Notes under the pieces: model-generated | The model's input: the letters and a program-made list of their open reading frames with translations, nothing else | Database searches by the model: none | Told to the model about the DNA's origin: nothing | Source of the DNA: Candidatus Woesearchaeota archaeon | GTDB lineage: Archaea > Nanobdellota > Nanobdellia > Woesearchaeales > ARS49 | Length of the DNA: 64,000 nt | Direction: 5' to 3' | Assembly (NCBI GenBank): GCA_019323015.1 | Contig: JAHWHY010000002.1 | Location: 15,100-79,099 of the forward strand | Shown here: positions 1 to 9,902 of the stretch, one piece after another | How positions within the stretch are numbered: the stretch's first letter is position 1 | Layout of the letters: each line of letters begins with the position of its first letter | Made by a program: the position numbers and the translations under genes

Positions 1-557
1 ACTTCATCCTTGAATTCTGGATAGTCTGTCTTGATTTTTAGCAGGAACCTGTCGCTCTGTGCCTCTGGCAAAGGATATGTTCCTTCCTGCTCTATTGGGT
101 TTTGTGTTGCAAGCACAAAGAATGGCTCTTCCAGCTTGTATGTTGATGTTCCTAGTGTGACCTGTCTCTCCTGCATCGCCTCTAGTAAAGCAGATTGTGT
201 TTTTGGCGTTGCCCTGTTTATCTCGTCTGCCAATACAATGTTTGCAAATATTGGTCCTGGCTGGAACTTGAAGTTTCTTTTGCCAGAGCTTGTCTCTTCT
301 ATGATGTATGTTCCTGTTATGTCTGAGGGCATCAGGTCTGGTGTGTTCTGTATCCTTGAGAATTTCAGGTCCATCAGGTCAGACATTGTCTTGACTGCAA
401 GTGTTTTTGCCAGTCCTGGATATCCTTCTAGTATTGAGTGGGAGTTTGTCAGCAGTGATACAGTCATCTGCTTTAGCACCTCGTCCTGCCCAACAATTAC
501 TTTGCCTAGTTCATGCATTATTCGGTCAAATGCTCTTTTTGTTTCCTCGATTTTCAT
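1..557 (-). CDS. moxR: MoxR family AAA+ ATPase (runs off the left edge of the window)
   Basis: Manual translation from ATG at 557 (GGAGG RBS upstream): [10 protein letters not shown]...[10 protein letters not shown] (Walker A)...[15 protein letters not shown]...[31 protein letters not shown]...[22 protein letters not shown]. Not in the ORF track because it is truncated. Confidence 0.95.
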   Translation of the reverse strand, partial: MKIEETKRAFDRIMHELGKVIVGQDEVLKQMTVSLLTNSHSILEGYPGLAKTLAVKTMSDLMDLKFSRIQNTPDLMPSDITGTYIIEETSSGKRNFKFQPGPIFANIVLADEINRATPKTQSALLEAMQERQVTLGTSTYKLEEPFFVLATQNPIEQEGTYPLPEAQSDRFLLKIKTDYPEFKDE

Positions 558-584
558 GTTAAATCAACCTCCGATTAATTTGAT

Positions 585-1376
585 TTAGTTTTCTTTCGTA
601 ATCTCGCGAAAATAACTCTTGACGATTTTTTGGTATCCTTTTGGTATGCTTTCTTCATAGCTTGCGTCTGTTGATGCAGCTATTTCTGTCGGCACTGTGC
701 TTCTGAACTTCCTGTGCTCTGGCTCTTTTACTTTGCTTATGTCTGCATCGCTTTTGATGGGATTGAGCTCTAGCTGCAATTGCTCATTTCCCAGTTCTGC
801 TATTGATTTTTCTCCGTATATTTCATCTTCATCTGGGTTTCCTTCTTCAAATGCAAGGAGTGTCTCGTCTATTTCATACTCTTTTGAGTTTCTGGCGAAT
901 TCTTTTACTTCTTGTATTGCCTTGTGTGTGTCCAGGAACCGAACATTATATGCTGATGCTCCTATTATCAGGAATGCAACAACAAAAAGCAAAAACAATT
1001 CTCTGGATAATTTTCCAAAGCTGAAAAAGTATGATGTCATTGTGTGTTTCATTCCTTTAAGCACGTCCTTGTTCAGGCTTTCAACAATCTCATACTCTTT
1101 GTCAGTATTGTCTGCTGCTGTTATGAGTTGTTCTTTTAGTTCAGGGACTTTTTCTTCAACGTGCTTGTATGTCACTTTCTTTCTTCCGTGATACCCGTGC
1201 ACTATTGCGTATATTCCTGTTGGTATGAGTGCATACAGCAAGGGAAGTGTCAGCAAAAAGAAGGCAAGGTTTGATACAAGAAAGACAACAAGCGTGTCAA
1301 GAAACCAGGTTAGTATATTTACCTGTAGTAATGTCAGTTTCAGTTCTCTTAGTGCTTGTTGTATTGGTTTAGCCAT
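585..1376 (-). CDS. Membrane protein of the MoxR/vWA operon, function unknown
   Basis: Two to three hydrophobic segments and an acidic C-terminus. Co-oriented and tightly packed between the vWA genes and moxR. Start taken at MAKP (1376). Confidence 0.7.
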   Translation of the reverse strand: MAKPIQQALRELKLTLLQVNILTWFLDTLVVFLVSNLAFFLLTLPLLYALIPTGIYAIVHGYHGRKKVTYKHVEEKVPELKEQLITAADNTDKEYEIVESLNKDVLKGMKHTMTSYFFSFGKLSRELFLLFVVAFLIIGASAYNVRFLDTHKAIQEVKEFARNSKEYEIDETLLAFEEGNPDEDEIYGEKSIAELGNEQLQLELNPIKSDADISKVKEPEHRKFRSTVPTEIAASTDASYEESIPKGYQKIVKSYFREITKEN

Positions 1377-1378
1377 TT

Positions 1379-1924
1379 TTAGCAAGTATTTTCATCATCA
1401 TCTGCTGTGTTTTCAAGACATTCGACCATGTCTTCAAGGTCTCTTACTTCTTCTTCAAGCTGGTCTTTGTCGTCTTTTAGTATGTCATTTTCCAGTGCCA
1501 GTGCCTCTTTTTCTGTTTCAAGCTGGTTTGCAAGCGCTTTTTTTGCTGCAAGGTCGTTCTGTGTCTTGTAGAGTGTCTGTTCTGTTTTCTCTAGTTCGCT
1601 TTGCAGGCCTTCTTTCTCTGTTGTCAATTTTTTCTTTTGCGTCTCCAGGCTTTCTTTTTCTGTTCTTACCTCTGTGTATTGGCCTGATAATTGCTCTTCT
1701 CTCTGTGATTTCAATGATAGGTCATCGCCCAGCTTTTTCAGTTCAAATTGTTTTGCCTCTAATTCATCGCTTACTTTGTTTAGTTGCTCCATTTTCAGGG
1801 TGTATGCCCCGTTTATCCTGTCAAAGTTCAGCTGAAAATATACTGTTGCCCCGACCAAGGCTGCTGCACTGAAGATTATCAATAACAGCAGAAGCAGGTT
1901 TGCATTTCGTGTTATATAGCTCAT
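1379..1924 (-). CDS. N-terminally membrane-anchored coiled-coil protein
   Basis: TM helix (LLLLLLIIFSAAALVGATVYF) followed by a ~140 aa E/K/L/Q heptad-rich region. Confidence 0.75.
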   Translation of the reverse strand: MSYITRNANLLLLLLIIFSAAALVGATVYFQLNFDRINGAYTLKMEQLNKVSDELEAKQFELKKLGDDLSLKSQREEQLSGQYTEVRTEKESLETQKKKLTTEKEGLQSELEKTEQTLYKTQNDLAAKKALANQLETEKEALALENDILKDDKDQLEEEVRDLEDMVECLENTADDDENTC

Positions 1925-1942
1925 TTTTTCACCATTTATTTA

Positions 1943-4327
1943 CTAATCTTTTCGTGTAATTCTCCTTATAAATATTTCTATAAGCAAGAGTATAATTGCC
2001 GCGATTATGAACGGCTGTCTCACTGTCTCTTTTGTGACAACTGTTCTTTTTGCTCTTGTTTTTGTGAACTGGATTATTGCGTCTATGTCATTCTTTCCGA
2101 ATATTTTTCCTCCTGTACTCTCTGTTATGCTTTTCAGTTCTGGGTTAAAGCCCATCAATTCATATTCTGAAGGGTAGTTTGCTGCAAATGTTGCAGTCAG
2201 TATGTTCTGGAATCCTGTCTGTGTTGGTGTTACTGTTGTTGCATACATGTCTTCATCTATCTTGTAGAACACTCCTTGGTCTGATTTTGGGACTGTTTTT
2301 GATTTTACTATGACTTCTGTTGGCTCATTAACGCGCGTGTCTGGTATCTCTATGAATTCCTGGCTTTTTCTTTCTGGATCTCCTATTGCCCAGTTGAATG
2401 TTCTTGTTAATAGGTTTGAGTTTGCTTTGTTCAGCAGGTCTCCTGCCCAGTCGCTTCCATCGTCTGTTGTTAATGCTGCGATTCTTCCTAATCCAAGCCT
2501 CCATACTGTGAGGATTGGTTCTCCTGTTGATGTTGTTGCAAGCATTCTTGCTGTTGTTTTTGGGACTGCGTTGTTGAAGCCGTATATGAATGCTTTTGGC
2601 TCTATTCCTGCTGTGATGAAATGATTTGAATCAAGTATCTGGAGATTCATCTTGTTTGACTGCTGCTCCTGCTCGTCAAGATCTCCGAATAGTATTTTTA
2701 GTCTTGAGCTCTCTGTTGCCCTGAAGTAGATTCCATTTGCCAGCTGTGCAATCTGCTGCATCAGTTCTTCATTTGTTGTTGGTCCTACTCCTACTGTGTA
2801 GATTTTTATTCCCATTGTTTGCGCTAGTTTTGCTGCTTCTGTTGCAGCTGCTTCTGCCTGTGTCTTGCCGTCGCTTATGAGGATTATGTTTTTTCCTCCT
2901 GCCATTTCTTCTAGTATCTGTATTGCTTTCAATAAGCCTCCGCTCACTAGTGTTCCTCCGCCGTGGGATAACCTGCCTATCTTGTCTTCTAGTCCTTGTT
3001 TTTCATAGACATAGCTTGGTTCTGACACAAGGTATGCTTTTGTGTTGAATGCGACTACTGCCAGCCTTGTGTTCATTGAAAGGTCCTTGTATGCTCCTAG
3101 TGCTAGTGCTTTTTCCATGTCAACTGTTGTTGCATCACCAAATGCTGCGCTTGTGCTGCCGCTGATGTCAACTACTATGACTATGCTTGTCTCTCCTTCT
3201 TTTTTTCCAGGTGCTGCAATGTAGACAGGAAGTATTGTCTCAAATAATGAGCCTTTGTAGTCTCCTCTGTCAAATGAGTTGTCTCCTCCTATCACGACCA
3301 TTCCGTTTCCGTCTGCCACAAAGTCATTCAAGACGTCTGTTGTTGCTTTCAAGGTGTCTGCATGGAGGTTGTTGATTCCAATTGCGTAATAATCATTTAA
3401 TGGCGGAAGGCTGTTTCCGCTCTCGACAACATATACCTGGTCAAGCAGTGTTTTCATTGGTGATGGGTTTTCTGTGTAAAAGAATATTTTTGGTCTTGGA
3501 ACTACCTTGACTGTCTTGTAGAATATGTTGTTTTGCGGGAAATAATCATTTGATTGTATCTGCGCAACTATTTTGTGATATCCTGGTGTTAATAGTTTTG
3601 TGAATTGAAGTATTGGCTCGTCTGTTGTCTTGTCAATCACTGTTTCTCCGTCAAATGTGACTTTTACAGGTATCTTTTTCACAGTTCCTACTGTGTTTAT
3701 GATTATGCTGAACTTGTTTTCTACTCCTTCCTGGCTTTTTGCTGGACCTATTACCACGACTCCAGAATCATCGTGTATTGGGTTGAGGTCTATTGCATTT
3801 ATTGTTGAGTTTAGTTTTCCTGCAAACAAGGCAACGTCTCCGAGGCTTGATCCTTCATTAGAGTTTCCATCTGATATCAAGAGTATGCTGTCCTGTGGTT
3901 CAAGATTGTTCAGTATAGCGTCTCCTATTGCAGAGTGTTCTCCTTCTCCTATGGTCTCTACCTCTACTGTTAGTTTTTTCTCTAGTGCTTTTGCAAGCTC
4001 ATTTGCATTGTTTTCAAATAATTTCATTGATGTGGAATTGTCCACAAGTATTTTTACATAGATATCTCCTTGTATTGTCTTGCTTGTCTGGTGATATGGT
4101 GCTGCAAGTGCAATCAGTAACAGTATGATAATTGCTGCTCTTGTAAAGAAAAGAATCCTTCTTAGGAATTTTTTCTGTTTTACTACATCTGGGTCTTCTT
4201 TTACTTTCACGAATTTTTTCTTTAGGATAAAGTAAAGCACTATTATGATTGGTATGAATAATAAGATTGCCCATGGCTGTTCAAAATACCTGTATGCAAT
4301 TTCCAGTGCTGTTCTTACAAATGTCAT
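1943..4327 (-). CDS. Membrane-anchored vWA-domain protein
   Basis: Two MIDAS-like starts (VDNSTSM, VVDISGST), LLISDG/ILISDG motifs, N- and C-terminal TM helices, and a glutamine-amidotransferase-like middle (GMVVIGGDNSF). Confidence 0.85.
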   Translation of the reverse strand: MTFVRTALEIAYRYFEQPWAILLFIPIIIVLYFILKKKFVKVKEDPDVVKQKKFLRRILFFTRAAIIILLLIALAAPYHQTSKTIQGDIYVKILVDNSTSMKLFENNANELAKALEKKLTVEVETIGEGEHSAIGDAILNNLEPQDSILLISDGNSNEGSSLGDVALFAGKLNSTINAIDLNPIHDDSGVVVIGPAKSQEGVENKFSIIINTVGTVKKIPVKVTFDGETVIDKTTDEPILQFTKLLTPGYHKIVAQIQSNDYFPQNNIFYKTVKVVPRPKIFFYTENPSPMKTLLDQVYVVESGNSLPPLNDYYAIGINNLHADTLKATTDVLNDFVADGNGMVVIGGDNSFDRGDYKGSLFETILPVYIAAPGKKEGETSIVIVVDISGSTSAAFGDATTVDMEKALALGAYKDLSMNTRLAVVAFNTKAYLVSEPSYVYEKQGLEDKIGRLSHGGGTLVSGGLLKAIQILEEMAGGKNIILISDGKTQAEAAATEAAKLAQTMGIKIYTVGVGPTTNEELMQQIAQLANGIYFRATESSRLKILFGDLDEQEQQSNKMNLQILDSNHFITAGIEPKAFIYGFNNAVPKTTARMLATTSTGEPILTVWRLGLGRIAALTTDDGSDWAGDLLNKANSNLLTRTFNWAIGDPERKSQEFIEIPDTRVNEPTEVIVKSKTVPKSDQGVFYKIDEDMYATTVTPTQTGFQNILTATFAANYPSEYELMGFNPELKSITESTGGKIFGKNDIDAIIQFTKTRAKRTVVTKETVRQPFIIAAIILLLIEIFIRRITRKD

Positions 4328-6123
4328 ACATCCCCTCTTATTTTGATATACATTATTTCCAGCAGTATTATGAGTCCTGCTGCAAGGATAAGTAATGGCT
4401 CTAGCTCAAGTTTTCTTGTCTCTTTTACTGGCTTTAGCTCAAACTGTGTTGATTTTGCCCCTATTATTGTTTCTGCATTTATCTCTGACTCTTTTTCATC
4501 CAAAAGATTTGCTGCGATTCTTTTGTCTTCTAGTTCATAAACTCCTGAGCTTTCAAGCATTATTGTTGCCTGCTTGACTGTTTTTATCGGTGTTTTTATT
4601 GTTTGCTCGCTGTCTAATATCACTGTGTCTTTTGTGAGATAATTTAGATTTTTCAGGTCAAGCTGTCCTGTCAGGTATCTCAGCATCTCTGTCCAGAATA
4701 TTGGGTAGCTTGGAGAGTACTTGAAGTCTGCAGTGCTTTCTGGTATGCCGTAATAAACTAGTTTTCCGCTTCCTGCTTTTCCTAGTGATATGATTGTGTC
4801 ATTTCCCAGGGATACGATTGTTGTGAATCCTTGTTCTTGTCCTGTTGTTGTGAAGTGTGATGTTATGCTGCCAAAGTCTATGTTTTTTGTGAACTTGTTC
4901 AATTGTTCAACACCCACGAATCCGCCGTTTCCTTTTCCTGTTAGTTTTAGTGGGAGCAGGTTCTTGTAATTTATTTGATTAGAGTCTTCCTGTACATGCA
5001 CTACCACATTTGCTCCGTTCTGTACTGCGTAATATAGTGCATCAAATGTTCCTGGCAGTACTTCATTCATGTCAAGGTTGTGCAGTATGTAGACGTCATA
5101 GCCTTCCACAGGGACAACTGGTGGTTTTATCACAGTTACCTGCACGTCTCCTGATGCTTCTAGTGCATTTTTCAGGAATACTGATGCATTATTTGTGACA
5201 AGTGCTGCTTTTGTTTTTTCTGTCTCTGGCGCGCTTAGGTATGCGAGGTTGTCTATCTTAAAGTCATCATCTGTTACAAGCATCATTTGTGTTATGCCGT
5301 TTGGTGTCTTGAATGTGAATGTTTCAGAGCTCTTTGGCCCCAGATTGAGTTCTTTTTGTACATCTCCTACTTTTAGTGTTGCAAATCTTGCAGTGTCATC
5401 AAAGTTTTTCACATAAACTGTTGCTTCTTCCCTGTCTGCTTCTATGTTTATGATTCCTATGTTTGATGCTTTTTTCTCTGCAACATTGACGAAGTTTACC
5501 ACTAGTCCTTTTGATTCTAGTATTGATTTTGCGATGTTGGGGTCCTGCCCTCCTGTGTTTATGAAATCACTTAATACTATTACAGCGCCTTCGCTTCCAA
5601 GTGCTTCTCCTGCTAGTATGATTGAGTCTCCTATTCTTGATGTTGATTCTGTTGGCTGGGCTTTATTTAGGTATTTTGCTGCTTCAGCAGATGTTGCTTC
5701 TTTGACAACTATTGAAGGGACTTCTTTTGCAAGTATGATTGTGTTTTTTGCTCCTAGCATCTGTTTTGCTTTGTCTTTTGCCTTGTCAAACCTGCTGTAC
5801 TGTCCTTCCAGGGCCTGCATTGAGGCGCTTGCGTCAAGTACAATCACTGTGTTTTGTGCTGTTATGTCATGCTGGTAGTTTGTGAATGGCTTTGCTATGC
5901 TTAATGCAAGAAGCAGGATTATCAGTAATTGTATCAGGAACAGCCAGTCTCTTATGAATTTCTTGAAAAAAGAGCTTAGCTTGTTTCTGCCAGATGATTG
6001 TATGAAGAACATGAGGCTTGGTATCTCTATTGTCTGCGGTTTTGGGCGTATTAAATAGAGTAAAATAAGAGGAATTAGACTAATAAGTGCTAATAATCCA
6101 AGCATACTCCCTATATGTATCAC
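4324..6123 (-). CDS. BatA-like N-terminal domain plus vWA-domain protein
   Basis: N-terminal LIPLILLYLIRPKP...PSLMF (BatA-like), VLDASASM MIDAS, IVLSDF and a C-terminal TM. Confidence 0.85.
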   Translation of the reverse strand: MIHIGSMLGLLALISLIPLILLYLIRPKPQTIEIPSLMFFIQSSGRNKLSSFFKKFIRDWLFLIQLLIILLLALSIAKPFTNYQHDITAQNTVIVLDASASMQALEGQYSRFDKAKDKAKQMLGAKNTIILAKEVPSIVVKEATSAEAAKYLNKAQPTESTSRIGDSIILAGEALGSEGAVIVLSDFINTGGQDPNIAKSILESKGLVVNFVNVAEKKASNIGIINIEADREEATVYVKNFDDTARFATLKVGDVQKELNLGPKSSETFTFKTPNGITQMMLVTDDDFKIDNLAYLSAPETEKTKAALVTNNASVFLKNALEASGDVQVTVIKPPVVPVEGYDVYILHNLDMNEVLPGTFDALYYAVQNGANVVVHVQEDSNQINYKNLLPLKLTGKGNGGFVGVEQLNKFTKNIDFGSITSHFTTTGQEQGFTTIVSLGNDTIISLGKAGSGKLVYYGIPESTADFKYSPSYPIFWTEMLRYLTGQLDLKNLNYLTKDTVILDSEQTIKTPIKTVKQATIMLESSGVYELEDKRIAANLLDEKESEINAETIIGAKSTQFELKPVKETRKLELEPLLILAAGLIILLEIMYIKIRGDV

Positions 6124-6168
6124 TTTAAAATACGAGTAGAAGTCGGCCTATATATACCTTACGATTTT

Positions 6169-6774
6169 TTATGGTGCTGAAACATGTCTTATTGGCGCGT
6201 CTGGATTTGCTGGTTTTGCAGGTGCTTTTTTTTCATATCTTGCCAGCATTCCTTGCCTAAGTGCCTCTGCTTGCAGAGATAATGGTTCTTCTGGTCCATG
6301 ATAAGCATCCTCTACAGTAGGGGATTCTTCATAATGTGTGCTGTGCTCTTCTAAAGGCATAGCTACATATGTCACTCTGCATCCATTTATTGTGTTTCCA
6401 TTTTCATTTAATTTTGCTTGTAAATCATGAAGATTGTCTAGGGCTGCTTGGTCCATTGCTAGAATCACAAGGTGGTCTGTGCGACTTGGAGGGTTTTGTA
6501 TTGTTCCTGCGATTTCTGCTGCTTTTTCAATGCATTGCAAGAGATTGCGCCTGCTTCCTTCACCCGGCTTAAAACTAACAGGCTTGAACTCAGCTAGGCT
6601 TTCCCCTATTGAATACAGAACTAAATCATGTTCTACAAATTCTTTGCCAGAGTAAAATACCCCCATTAAAGGAGCTTCTCCTCTCTCAATGAGATCCCTG
6701 ATTATTGTAAAGCCTTTTGTAGATTTGTGTCTTGACCCTAAAAATTTTTCTAGTCTTGCTATGTATAAATCCAT
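6169..6774 (-). CDS. Hypothetical protein
   Basis: 201 aa ORF with its own AT-rich/TATA upstream region; no family recognised. Confidence 0.55.
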   Translation of the reverse strand: MDLYIARLEKFLGSRHKSTKGFTIIRDLIERGEAPLMGVFYSGKEFVEHDLVLYSIGESLAEFKPVSFKPGEGSRRNLLQCIEKAAEIAGTIQNPPSRTDHLVILAMDQAALDNLHDLQAKLNENGNTINGCRVTYVAMPLEEHSTHYEESPTVEDAYHGPEEPLSLQAEALRQGMLARYEKKAPAKPANPDAPIRHVSAP

Positions 6775-6860
6775 TTATCTTAACCCACAAATTTATATAA
6801 ATTATATAGAAAGAATATACTAGAGTATATAAGTATTTCGGTTCTATACAAGAAGATTAA

Positions 6861-8465
6861 CTATTTTTTCTTCCATTTGTCAAAATATTCCTTTAGAATA
6901 AAGCTGATGTTCTTCCCCACTTTAATGTAATCTTTGTCATCCAGGTTTGCTACTGAAACCCGCAAAGACCATTTTGGGCCTGCAAATCCTTCTCCTGGAA
7001 GGCACACTGTTGCTTTTTCTTTTGCTAGTTTGAACAAGAATTGGTCTATCACATGGTTTTTTTGCAGGTGTTCTGCAAATGCCTTGCCGTATTTTTTCTC
7101 TGCAGCCCTTGCAAGGTCAATAAGTGCATAATAATATGTGTGCTCTCCTCCTTTTGGAAGAGGAATCTTGAGATTCTTGTAAAGATACTTTACTCTTGTC
7201 TTGAGTATTGACTGTATTGATTTTTTGTATTTCCTTTTCTTGTCCATCAAATAAAAGAGTGAAAATAGTGTCATTATTGTCTGTTGAGGCCCTGATATGC
7301 CTCCTGTGTGTGCAAGTGCTACGTCTCTGCTGTCCATCTCTAGTCTGTCAATGAATTTTATCTTGTCTGGATTTGTTGATGTCATCTGGTATCTTTTTCT
7401 CAGCACTGCTTTGTCTTTTGCAGGAAGTTTTGCAAGCAGCTTATCAATTACATTGTCTTTGCTAAGCATTATCACACCTAGTCTCCAGCCTGTAACCCCA
7501 AAAAATTTAGAGTAGGAATAAACACAGATTGTGTTGCGCGGAACCATTTCTAAAAATGAGTTGAACTTATCAACAAAAGTTGCATAGACTGTGTCAGTGA
7601 GCACAATAAGGTCTTTTCTTTTCTTTATTATTTTTGCAATCTTCTTGAGTGTCTCTTTCTTTAGCTTGATTGATGTTGGATTTGTTGGGTGCACCATGAA
7701 GAATGCTTTTATTTTCTTGTTTTTCAGCTTCTCCATCTCAGAATCAGGCACCTGCCATCCCTTGTCTTCATCTCCTTTGACATATACTTCCACTAGATTA
7801 TAATCTGCAAGTGAAGGTATCTCCAGGTATGGTGAGAATATTGGCGTCATTATTGCAATAGAGTCTTTTTTCTTCAATATCCTGTTCTCCTTCAAGGATT
7901 TAAAGACATACACCATTGCTGCTGTTGCCCCTTCTGTTGCAAATAAGTCAAAGTTTTTTGCAGGATGTTTTTTGTCTGCGCAGAGTATTTCTGTAAGATA
8001 TTCATTCATTATTTTTGCCATGTTTGGAAATACTCTTGGCGGCGATGGATAGAAATCTCCTCTTATTGCGTCTGTCAGTTCATCAACAAAGTTATCTGGG
8101 TTAAGCTTGAATTTTTTCTCTGCAAATGCTATTGATTTTTTCAAGAACAAGGCTCCTTCTCCTTTTTGGTTTCCAAGATATTTCTTGAGCTTGTTTGCAA
8201 TGCCTTTTTTCTCTGGCCTCAGGCCAAGGTCTTTCTTTGATATTTTTTTGCCAGCTTCTTGGGCAGCAAACATGTTCAGGTGGCTGAATCCTTCTCTGGC
8301 AGTTGTGTTGAGAAAGTTTGGGTTTCCCCTGCCTGCATTGAGAAATTTTATCTTGTTTCTTTTTGAAGACGCTTCTGCCATCTTTATGAAGACATTCTTT
8401 ATCTCAAAAGGGCTCATCTGCAGGTATTCCCGCATCTTTTTGTCTAGTTTCATCTTGTCTGCCAC
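6861..8465 (-). CDS. aspD: Aspartate 4-decarboxylase (PLP-dependent, bifunctional aminotransferase/beta-decarboxylase)
   Basis: LNAGRGNPN, GDFYPSPPR, FATEGATAAM, DTVYATF, YSYSKFFGVTGWRLG (PLP lysine), ALAHTGGISGPQQ, SLRVSVANL. Confidence 0.9.
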   Translation of the reverse strand: MADKMKLDKKMREYLQMSPFEIKNVFIKMAEASSKRNKIKFLNAGRGNPNFLNTTAREGFSHLNMFAAQEAGKKISKKDLGLRPEKKGIANKLKKYLGNQKGEGALFLKKSIAFAEKKFKLNPDNFVDELTDAIRGDFYPSPPRVFPNMAKIMNEYLTEILCADKKHPAKNFDLFATEGATAAMVYVFKSLKENRILKKKDSIAIMTPIFSPYLEIPSLADYNLVEVYVKGDEDKGWQVPDSEMEKLKNKKIKAFFMVHPTNPTSIKLKKETLKKIAKIIKKRKDLIVLTDTVYATFVDKFNSFLEMVPRNTICVYSYSKFFGVTGWRLGVIMLSKDNVIDKLLAKLPAKDKAVLRKRYQMTSTNPDKIKFIDRLEMDSRDVALAHTGGISGPQQTIMTLFSLFYLMDKKRKYKKSIQSILKTRVKYLYKNLKIPLPKGGEHTYYYALIDLARAAEKKYGKAFAEHLQKNHVIDQFLFKLAKEKATVCLPGEGFAGPKWSLRVSVANLDDKDYIKVGKNISFILKEYFDKWKKK

Positions 8466-9862
8466 ACTTTTCTTAGTGCAAATATGATGAATGGCACTAT
8501 TAGCAGTGTTGTTATTCCTCCTATTGTTATTGTGAGGTATGCTGTTGCATCAGTGACATGCAGTTGTGCTGGAGGAAGGAATGCTATTATAAAGCCAAAT
8601 ACTAGTGTCGCTAGTCCTACAAGTGATACAAGCCATATGCCGAACCAGCCTCCTGGAATTTTGTATGCTCTTTTTGCTTTTGGCATGGAATATCTTAGTT
8701 TTAGGCATGCAAGTATCATCATTGCATACATGAAGAAGTATATGCAGCACGCCATTGCATTTGCCATCCAGAATGCGGTGTTTAATTTTGGCATAAGCAG
8801 TAATCCACAGCCGATTAATGATATTACTGTTGCCTGCACAATCAATAATCTTACTGGAATTCCTTTTTTGTTTTCTTTGTTAAAGAATTTTGGAAGTGCT
8901 CCTGTTTTTGCACTTGCATAAACTGCTTTTACAGGCCCTAGTGTCCAGGTTGTTATCTCTCCTAATGCGCCTATTGCTGTTAGTATTGCAAGTACTGGAA
9001 CAAGCCAGGCAAGATGGAATTGTCCAAAAAATACCTTGAATGCCTCCATTAGTCCTGCTGCAAGGCTGATTTGCTGTTGAGGAACCACTATTGCGACTGC
9101 AAGTGATCCTAATATGTTTAATGCAAGAGCCAATACGACTACTACTAATATTGCCAATGGATAATTTCTTCCAGGGTTTTTTACCTCGTTTGCGTGTGAA
9201 GCAGACACCTCTATTCCTGTGAATGTTCTCATGAAGCCTACTAATAATACAAGTGTTGTTAGCTTGCTTAGGTCTGGTATTATGTTTTTTGCTGTGAGTG
9301 ACATGTTCATCTGTATTGGGTTGCCAGTCACCCAGTATATTATTCCAAATAAGATTATCAGTACTCCGGGTATCAGCACTCCTAGAAGAAATCCGTATGT
9401 GCTTATTTTTCCAGATGCTTTCAATCCCCGGAAGTTGTATATTGTTGCTGCCCAAGTCACTAATAATACGATTAATGCCATGAATGGTTTGCTGTGTGCT
9501 AGTGCAGGCATCATTACAAATGCAAGTGATCCTGCAATAAAATAAAGCATTGGTACGCTTCCTATCATCATGTAGGTCCACTGGAGCCAGCTGCTCACAA
9601 AACCAAATCTGTCTCCAAATGCTGCTTTTACCCATGCAAATATTCCTCCTTGTTTTGGCAGCAGTGTTGCCAGCTCTGCTGACACTAATGCAACTGGGAT
9701 AAAGAACCCGATTGCAGCAAATAATGCGAAGAATATCATCTGCATTCCTGTCTCTGCTTCTGTTGGGAAATTTCTTACGCTTATCACAAGCGCAGATGAA
9801 ATCATTATCAGTGTAAACAAGCTTATTTTGTGCTTTATTGCAGAAAGTGTTTTTCTCACCAT
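8450..9862 (-). CDS. APC-superfamily amino acid antiporter (GadC/YjeH-like)
   Basis: About 12 TM segments; SVRNFP, PVALVSAELAT, GGIFAWVKAAFG, GIEVSASHANEVKNPGRNYP. Overlaps the aspD start by 16 nt. Confidence 0.85.
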   Translation of the reverse strand: MVRKTLSAIKHKISLFTLIMISSALVISVRNFPTEAETGMQMIFFALFAAIGFFIPVALVSAELATLLPKQGGIFAWVKAAFGDRFGFVSSWLQWTYMMIGSVPMLYFIAGSLAFVMMPALAHSKPFMALIVLLVTWAATIYNFRGLKASGKISTYGFLLGVLIPGVLIILFGIIYWVTGNPIQMNMSLTAKNIIPDLSKLTTLVLLVGFMRTFTGIEVSASHANEVKNPGRNYPLAILVVVVLALALNILGSLAVAIVVPQQQISLAAGLMEAFKVFFGQFHLAWLVPVLAILTAIGALGEITTWTLGPVKAVYASAKTGALPKFFNKENKKGIPVRLLIVQATVISLIGCGLLLMPKLNTAFWMANAMACCIYFFMYAMMILACLKLRYSMPKAKRAYKIPGGWFGIWLVSLVGLATLVFGFIIAFLPPAQLHVTDATAYLTITIGGITTLLIVPFIIFALRKVWQTR

Positions 9863-9902
9863 TTTATTCTCTTTTTGTTTTAATAGTATATAATTTTTAT
9901 GT

